A stretch of DNA of 64,000 nucleotides, from the NCBI RefSeq assembly GCF_964188315.1, contig NC_135667.1, positions 25,730,001 to 25,794,000 on the forward strand, read 5' to 3'. The translations under genes and the position numbers were made by a program. This DNA is from Podarcis muralis (taxonomy: Eukaryota). This document shows, in pieces, positions 58,017 to 64,000 of this stretch. Within the stretch, counting starts at the first letter, position 1; each line of letters begins with the position of its first letter. The notes below the pieces were generated by a model. The model saw only the letters and a list, made by a program, of their open reading frames with translations. It was not told the origin of the DNA and did no database searches.

Positions 58017-58970
58017 CTAATCAGTTCTCTGAAGCAGCTTGAAAGTTTTCTTTGCTGCATCCTTTACCTCCTTGTTCCTCAAACTGTATATTATGGGGTT
58101 GACCAGTGGGGTGAGCAGAGTGTAGAACAGAGAAAAAAGTTTTTTCAAATCACTCAGTGAACTCGTATTTGGTAGCACATAGACAATAATCAGCGAACCA
58201 TAGAAGCAAGCAACCACAGTCAGGTGAGAGGAGCATGTAGAGAATGCCTTTTGTTTACCAGTGGTAGATGGGATTCTTATAATGTTTTTGATGATGCCAA
58301 CATAAGACGATATGGTTATTAGAAGAGGGGGCAGAGTGCCTATAGAGGAGATGATGAAAGCTGTCATTTCAACTAAATCAGTCTTATCGCAGGAGAGTCT
58401 TATCACAGGGGTTAAATCACAGAAGAAATGATTGATTTTGCTGGGACCACAGAATCTCAGCTGAGATACCAAAAATATTATGATGCTGATACCCATTGAG
58501 CCAGTGATCCAAGACCCAGCAATGAGCATGATACAAATTCTGCCATCCATGAGCATCACATAATGCAGTGGCCTGCAAATTGCTAAGTAACGATCATAAG
58601 ACATCACTGCTAGAAAGTAACATTCTGTAGCAGCAAGAAACCCAAAGAAATATAGCTGTGCAAAGCATCCATGAACAGAAATGGATCTGTCTCCAGTCAG
58701 AAAACTGACCAGCATCCTTGGCATGATGGTCGAGCTGTAGCAGGTCTCCAGGCAGGACAGGTTTCCCAGGAAGAAATACATGGGTGTGTGAAGACGCTGA
58801 TCAAGAATCACTAGAATAACAATGAGGATGTTCCCAGCTATGGTCACAAGGTAAACAGGCAGAAACAGTATGGAAAATAAAACCCACAGATCTTCATTAT
58901 TAAAGTCCAAGAGGATAAACATTATGGTCTCTGTTTGATTTCCATCTCTATCATTGTTTTTCAGTTGCAT
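58017..58970 (-). CDS. Olfactory receptor, OR11A1/OR6-like (317 aa)
   Basis: Intact ORF with all OR motifs. Confidence 0.97.
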   Translation of the reverse strand: MQLKNNDRDGNQTETIMFILLDFNNEDLWVLFSILFLPVYLVTIAGNILIVILVILDQRLHTPMYFFLGNLSCLETCYSSTIMPRMLVSFLTGDRSISVHGCFAQLYFFGFLAATECYFLAVMSYDRYLAICRPLHYVMLMDGRICIMLIAGSWITGSMGISIIIFLVSQLRFCGPSKINHFFCDLTPVIRLSCDKTDLVEMTAFIISSIGTLPPLLITISSYVGIIKNIIRIPSTTGKQKAFSTCSSHLTVVACFYGSLIIVYVLPNTSSLSDLKKLFSLFYTLLTPLVNPIIYSLRNKEVKDAAKKTFKLLQRTD

Positions 58971-61418
58971 CTAAATAAATAAGACATTATTAAGAAAGAA
59001 TTCGACTTGAGCATTTGATTCTGGATTCACTTTAATTCATAGGATTATATTAATGACATTCTAAAGGATGGTAGCTTGTACTCAACCCACATTTAAGCAA
59101 ACAAAACTCTCTGTATTGGGTTACATCACAACATTAACAACAGCAATCAAAATATATCATTGACACAAGCTATCCACTGTTATTTTTAGAGTCAAATCTG
59201 TGACACATTTAGAGTGTTATCCAATCCAATGCACATCTACTCTTAAGCAAATCACTTTGAATTCAATATCAATTTGTGCAACAGTCAGTAGAGCTTCTAA
59301 TCCAAAAACAAATCCAGCACAATCTGAGCCACTAGGTGGATAGGAGGGGTTGTGTAAAGCTTTCTGGGAAGTATATTCCTTAGTTTCTGAGAGCCACAGG
59401 TTTTTTGTTTGTTTTTTAAAGCTGAAATCCTATGCTCACTAACTTGGGGTAAGTCTCACTGCAGTTAGCAAAATGTACTATTGAAGAAACTCATAGAGGA
59501 TTTTGCCTGGAGTTTCATGTGCGCCTTACCTTAAAGCCAGAATTCACCAGATTCCAGATGAATTCTGAGTTTTCCTCTGATTTATCCAAAATTGTAGATC
59601 ATGGAAATAAATGCACAAGTATCATTATTTCCACAGGCATCAACTTAATGTATGTCCTGCTAGTAACAGTCCTACATCCAGTATGTTTCAATATATATCT
59701 GGGAGATTTTGTGGCCATCTAGTGCTGCCATGAAAATGTGGATTATGGATATGTGGATATGGGTTAGCTACTGCTGAATATCATCAATCTATACCTTAAG
59801 TTAATATTCACATCTATCCATCTGCTTGTAAAATCTCAAAGGAGAATGAACACAGAGGAGACACCCGACTCATGAGGGAAATTAGTGGCACTCCTGTTTC
59901 TACTGTCAAAGCTTTTTCCTGGCAAATCACTGATGGATTTGTTGAGATCAAAGAAACTCCCAGTTCTCTAGTAATGAGGAGCAACATAAAAAAAATGTTT
60001 TGTGAACAGCACTCTCCCTGTTCACCTTGTCCCATGAGGGGGCGTCCTGTGGGCCTGCCCCAGGCAGTGGGACCTTACACTCCACCACTGCTGTGAACAC
60101 AATTTCTTTAAGCTAAATTTGTTTGAGCTAATTATTTTTCATCAAATTTGTTTAAGCTTTGTTTAAGATTGATTAAAACATACAATATGGAGGGTTTTTT
60201 CATAACAGGAAGCATAAGTGTATTGGTTCAAGACAGGAAATGGGGAGTAGCGGTCAGTCACATACGCAAGTCGGGTCTGTCTACGAAGGATGTTAAAAAA
60301 TAGAATAATGATTTTTTATTTCCATGTTGAATTGGGCTGAGGAGGATCAAATATAGTGCCTGTTTCATTGTCTCTGAAACCAGCAAAAATGGATGCAAAA
60401 AATGTGTTCAGTAGTGAAAATATTTGCCACATATACACAGACTCTTACACACAAAGCCCTTCTCTTCAGATAATCCATGCAGAAAAATAGGGTTGATACT
60501 ACTATACTCCTTTTTCACTCAGAAAATGATGAGATGACCAGAGAGATAGTGATTTTCATGTTCATCAGCTCCACCTGCCCCAGCACTGTGAAATGGAATG
60601 AACGAAACATTCAGTTTTTGTTTCTCTCAGTCTCTCATTTTTCCGTTCTTAACTCTAGTGGCTGAAGAAGTTTGTATTTTAAAAGCAGAACAAATAATAT
60701 GTACACATGAAAATGCTTAAGAATTGTAGTGTGTCTCTCTCTAAATAAACACATTTTTGAATGCAATCTTCTCTGACATAACATATTTTTGCAAAGCACT
60801 TTCCCCTAATATAACAAACATTTCCATCTTAATTTTACTAGTGTATGTGTTTTGTACTTATTACTTGCTGAAAGGCCTGCATGGCAAAATTTGGAGATGT
60901 GCTGATTTTGAAAGACAGCTACTTTTTAAAATGTTGCAGTTAGGTGTATATGTTGCATTTTGGGGAGGACCATAGTTCAGTAGTTGTACGCAGAAAATCT
61001 CAAGTTCAGTTCCTGGCATCTGCTCGTAAGTCTTGCAGAGAGTCCTGCCTGAAATTCTGGAGAGATACCATCAGTCAGTATTGGCAACACAGTGAAACAA
61101 TGGGCTGACAACATTCAGATTCCTCTTTTCTTTTTAGGTAGTTTTATGATGCACTGCGAGGTTTCTCTTGTTGTAAATCACAACCACAAGTATAAACCAC
61201 ACAAATAAACCAAAGGATTATTTCTATAATCCTTTCTCTTGATGCCGGACTCAATACCAATATGAAGCTAAGCTATATAATTCATACAAGGTCGAACTCC
61301 TGCTTTGATAAAGAAGTCAGGGGCAAAATATGTTAATTAATCAGAATCAGTCCCAGTAAAACATTGACATCATAAAGCCAATAGCACTAGTGGTCTCCTC
61401 CACATTTTTACCAGAAAT

Positions 61419-62372
61419 TTAGTGAGCTCTCTGAAGCAGCTTGAAAGTTTTCTTTGCTGCATCTTTTACTTCTTTGTTCCTCAGACTATACACAAGGGGA
61501 TTGACCAGAGGGGTGAGCATAGTGTATAACAAAGATAATAGTTTCTTCAGGTCAATCAAGGAACTCATGTTTGGTAAGACATAGACTATCATCAGGGAGC
61601 CATAGAAGCAAGCAACCACGGTCAGGTGAGAGGAGCATGTAGAGAATGCCTTTTGTTTACCAATGGTGGATGGGATTCTTAAAATGCTTTTGATAATGCA
61701 CACATAAGATGACACAGTTATTAGAAGAGGAGGTAGTGTGGCTAAAGAGGAGACAATGAAGGCTGTCTGTTCAACCAAATCTGTCTCATTGCAGGAAAGT
61801 CTTACCATGGGGGTGAAATCACAGAAAAAATGGTTGATTTTGTTGGGCCCACAGAATCTCAGCTGAGATACCAAATATATTAGGACACTAATACCCAATG
61901 ATCCACTGACCCATGATCCAACAATAAGCATGATGCAAATTCTTCCATTCATGAGCATTACATAATGCAGTGGCTTGCAAATTGCTAAATATCGATCATA
62001 TGACATCACTGCTAGGAAGTAACATTCTGTTCCTGCGAGACACCCAAAGAAATACAGCTGTGCAAAGCATCCATGAACAGAAATGGTTCTGTCTCCAGTC
62101 AGAAAACTGACCAGCATCCTCGGCATGATGGCTGAGCTATAGCACGTCTCCAGGCAGGAGAGATTTCCTAGGAAGAAATACATGGGTGTGTGGAGGTGCT
62201 GATTATTCACCACTAATAGAATAATGAGGATGTTTCCAGCCATGGTCACAAGGTAGATAGGTAGAAACAACACAGAAAATAAAACCTGCAGATCTTCATT
62301 ATTAAAGTCCAAGAGGATGAATGTTATGGGCTCTGTTTGATTTCCATCTTCCTCATTGCTCTTTATTGACAT
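61419..62372 (-). CDS. Olfactory receptor, OR11A1/OR6-like (317 aa)
   Basis: Intact ORF with all OR motifs. Confidence 0.97.
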   Translation of the reverse strand: MSIKSNEEDGNQTEPITFILLDFNNEDLQVLFSVLFLPIYLVTMAGNILIILLVVNNQHLHTPMYFFLGNLSCLETCYSSAIMPRMLVSFLTGDRTISVHGCFAQLYFFGCLAGTECYFLAVMSYDRYLAICKPLHYVMLMNGRICIMLIVGSWVSGSLGISVLIYLVSQLRFCGPNKINHFFCDFTPMVRLSCNETDLVEQTAFIVSSLATLPPLLITVSSYVCIIKSILRIPSTIGKQKAFSTCSSHLTVVACFYGSLMIVYVLPNMSSLIDLKKLLSLLYTMLTPLVNPLVYSLRNKEVKDAAKKTFKLLQRAH

Positions 62373-64000
62373 CTGGGGGGGGGGGACAGAAAATATTGTT
62401 TAAAACATTGACATGTATATATGACCAGGGGGGTTTGTCAACCAGAAGTCACTGGAACTCAGTTCCGGCCCCTCTCAGGTGGTCACAATTGCCATTATAA
62501 GAGAGCAAGGGAGACATTCATGGTGAGTTTCGGCACCTCTTTTTCTAGAACAAATAGCACTGTATATGACAGAGGGTTCACATTAAGTGAAACACAAATT
62601 GAATTACAATGGTAATGGCTAGGGCTGTGCAAAGGATTGGATTGAGATTTAAATCCTGAGCTAAATAAGACCTATTTGGAGAGATCTATTTGTGGATCCC
62701 TTTGTCCTGGGCTGTCAGGGAGTGGAGTTTCAGGCAGGAGAGAGAGACTGTCATGAGGCAGAAAAAGGAGAAAGAGCAGAAAATCCATTTGGCAGCTACA
62801 TTTTTGACAGAGAATGTATCTGTGTGAGGTGGACAGGTTGATGGATTTCTCCTTCTTCCTGCTTGGCCTCTCCTCCTTCCTGCCTTCTAAAGTGGCATAG
62901 CACAGGATCAAACTCTCTCTGTTATGAGCTCTTAACCAGGAAATTCTTTACCTCGCACAGTGCTGATCACTAGGTTTTTTGTGAGAGGCTTGCCTTGCTT
63001 GTAGGGAAGCTGCTTGTGAAAGAACATCACCATACATGATTGGCTCCTCCTGCTTAATAGCTGGGAAGCTGGGAAGTAGGAGAATCTGATCCTTCACAGT
63101 GCTGGTGCTTTCATTTCCAACTGCATTTTTAAGCTGTATGTTGACTCTTTGTTAAATGCAGCAGGGGTAAGTAGTTTCCAGGTTGACCCAAGGCAAATTG
63201 GCTCTATCTGGGAGCCAAAGATTGCAGCTGATTGGACATATATAGGTTCATGGTGAAAGAGTTGCCTGGGCTTCTTAAATTAAAACCTGAACAGCAGGGC
63301 GTGAGAATTCAGGCAGGAAGGAGAGGCAGGCATGAGAAAGGAGAAGGAGGAAGCATAAAATGAAGGGACCTACTGGGCAGCTGCATCTTCAAGGGACAAG
63401 GTATGGATGCAGGTGGATGCCTTTCCTTCCCAACCTCTAACTTTTCCTGCCAGGCCTCTACTTCTTGCTGACCCTTGAAGCAGCACTGCACAGAATTGGA
63501 TCTTCTCATTTAACAACTCTCAACCAGGAAATCTGGAAGCTGTTCAGTACTGGTTTCTTTTCTTTTGTGAGCAGTTTCCCTTCCATACGGGGAATCTGCT
63601 CACAAAGGAGCAGAATTAGATCCCCTTGCTTAAAAACGGGTAAGTGGGGGGATCTGATCCTGCACAGTTCTGGTACACCCTTTCCCAACCATATATTTAA
63701 ACTCTATGTGTCTTGTATGTTAAAATATGATATAATATTAAAATAATATATAATATTAAAATATTTTAGCTATGCCTCCCAGGGGCCAAATATTAGAGCC
63801 ACATGGTAAATACTCCCAGGTATTTGTTTGCTTTCGTTTCTCAGAGCTATTTTGAAGGGAGGGAAGCTGAAATCCTATATTGGCTTAACTGAGAGTAAGC
63901 GCCAGTGAAATTAGTTGAATTTACTACTGATTAGACACATTATAGGATTGCGCTTAAATAGTTGACTGTGCTCCTTACCTTAAAGCTAGAACAAACCAGA

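Larger units (their letters stand above)
49634..61055. repeat. Tandem segmental duplication, two ~5.71-kb units (49634-55348, 55345-61055), one OR each
   Basis: Colinear homology of flanks, CR1 fragments and ORs; the junction shares AAAT. Confidence 0.85.

Noticed and set aside
1-64000. A long-range OR enhancer (Greek-island / H-element type)
   Set aside because: No dense cluster of adjacent homeodomain plus O/E composite sites could be identified by eye. A motif scan and cross-species conservation would be needed.

Overview
Eukaryotic genomic DNA from a squamate reptile, probably a lacertid lizard (inferred from Sauria SINE, L2, CR1 and MITE content). The window is part of a class II olfactory receptor (OR) gene cluster. 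It holds 12 intact single-coding-exon ORs: five OR13H1-like genes (four +, one -), one OR11/OR6-like gene on +, and six closely related OR11A1/OR6-like genes on -. There are also three OR pseudogenes or fragments. The left subcluster contains a triplicated [pseudogene + intact OR] cassette. The right subcluster contains a 5.71-kb tandem duplication with a readable 4-bp microhomology junction. Comparing paralogues by eye reveals conserved non-coding architecture: a tandem O/E-like promoter motif, conserved 5'-UTR splice donors, and an AG|ATG acceptor. Notable elements are a Penelope-like 67-bp perfect fold-back carrying a minimal hammerhead-ribozyme core, a 1.35-kb non-autonomous L1-like retroelement, a solo LTR, and nested MITEs. 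No prokaryotic-type systems, CRISPR arrays, rRNA or tRNA genes were seen. All alignments and family names come from visual inspection and recall, not database searches.
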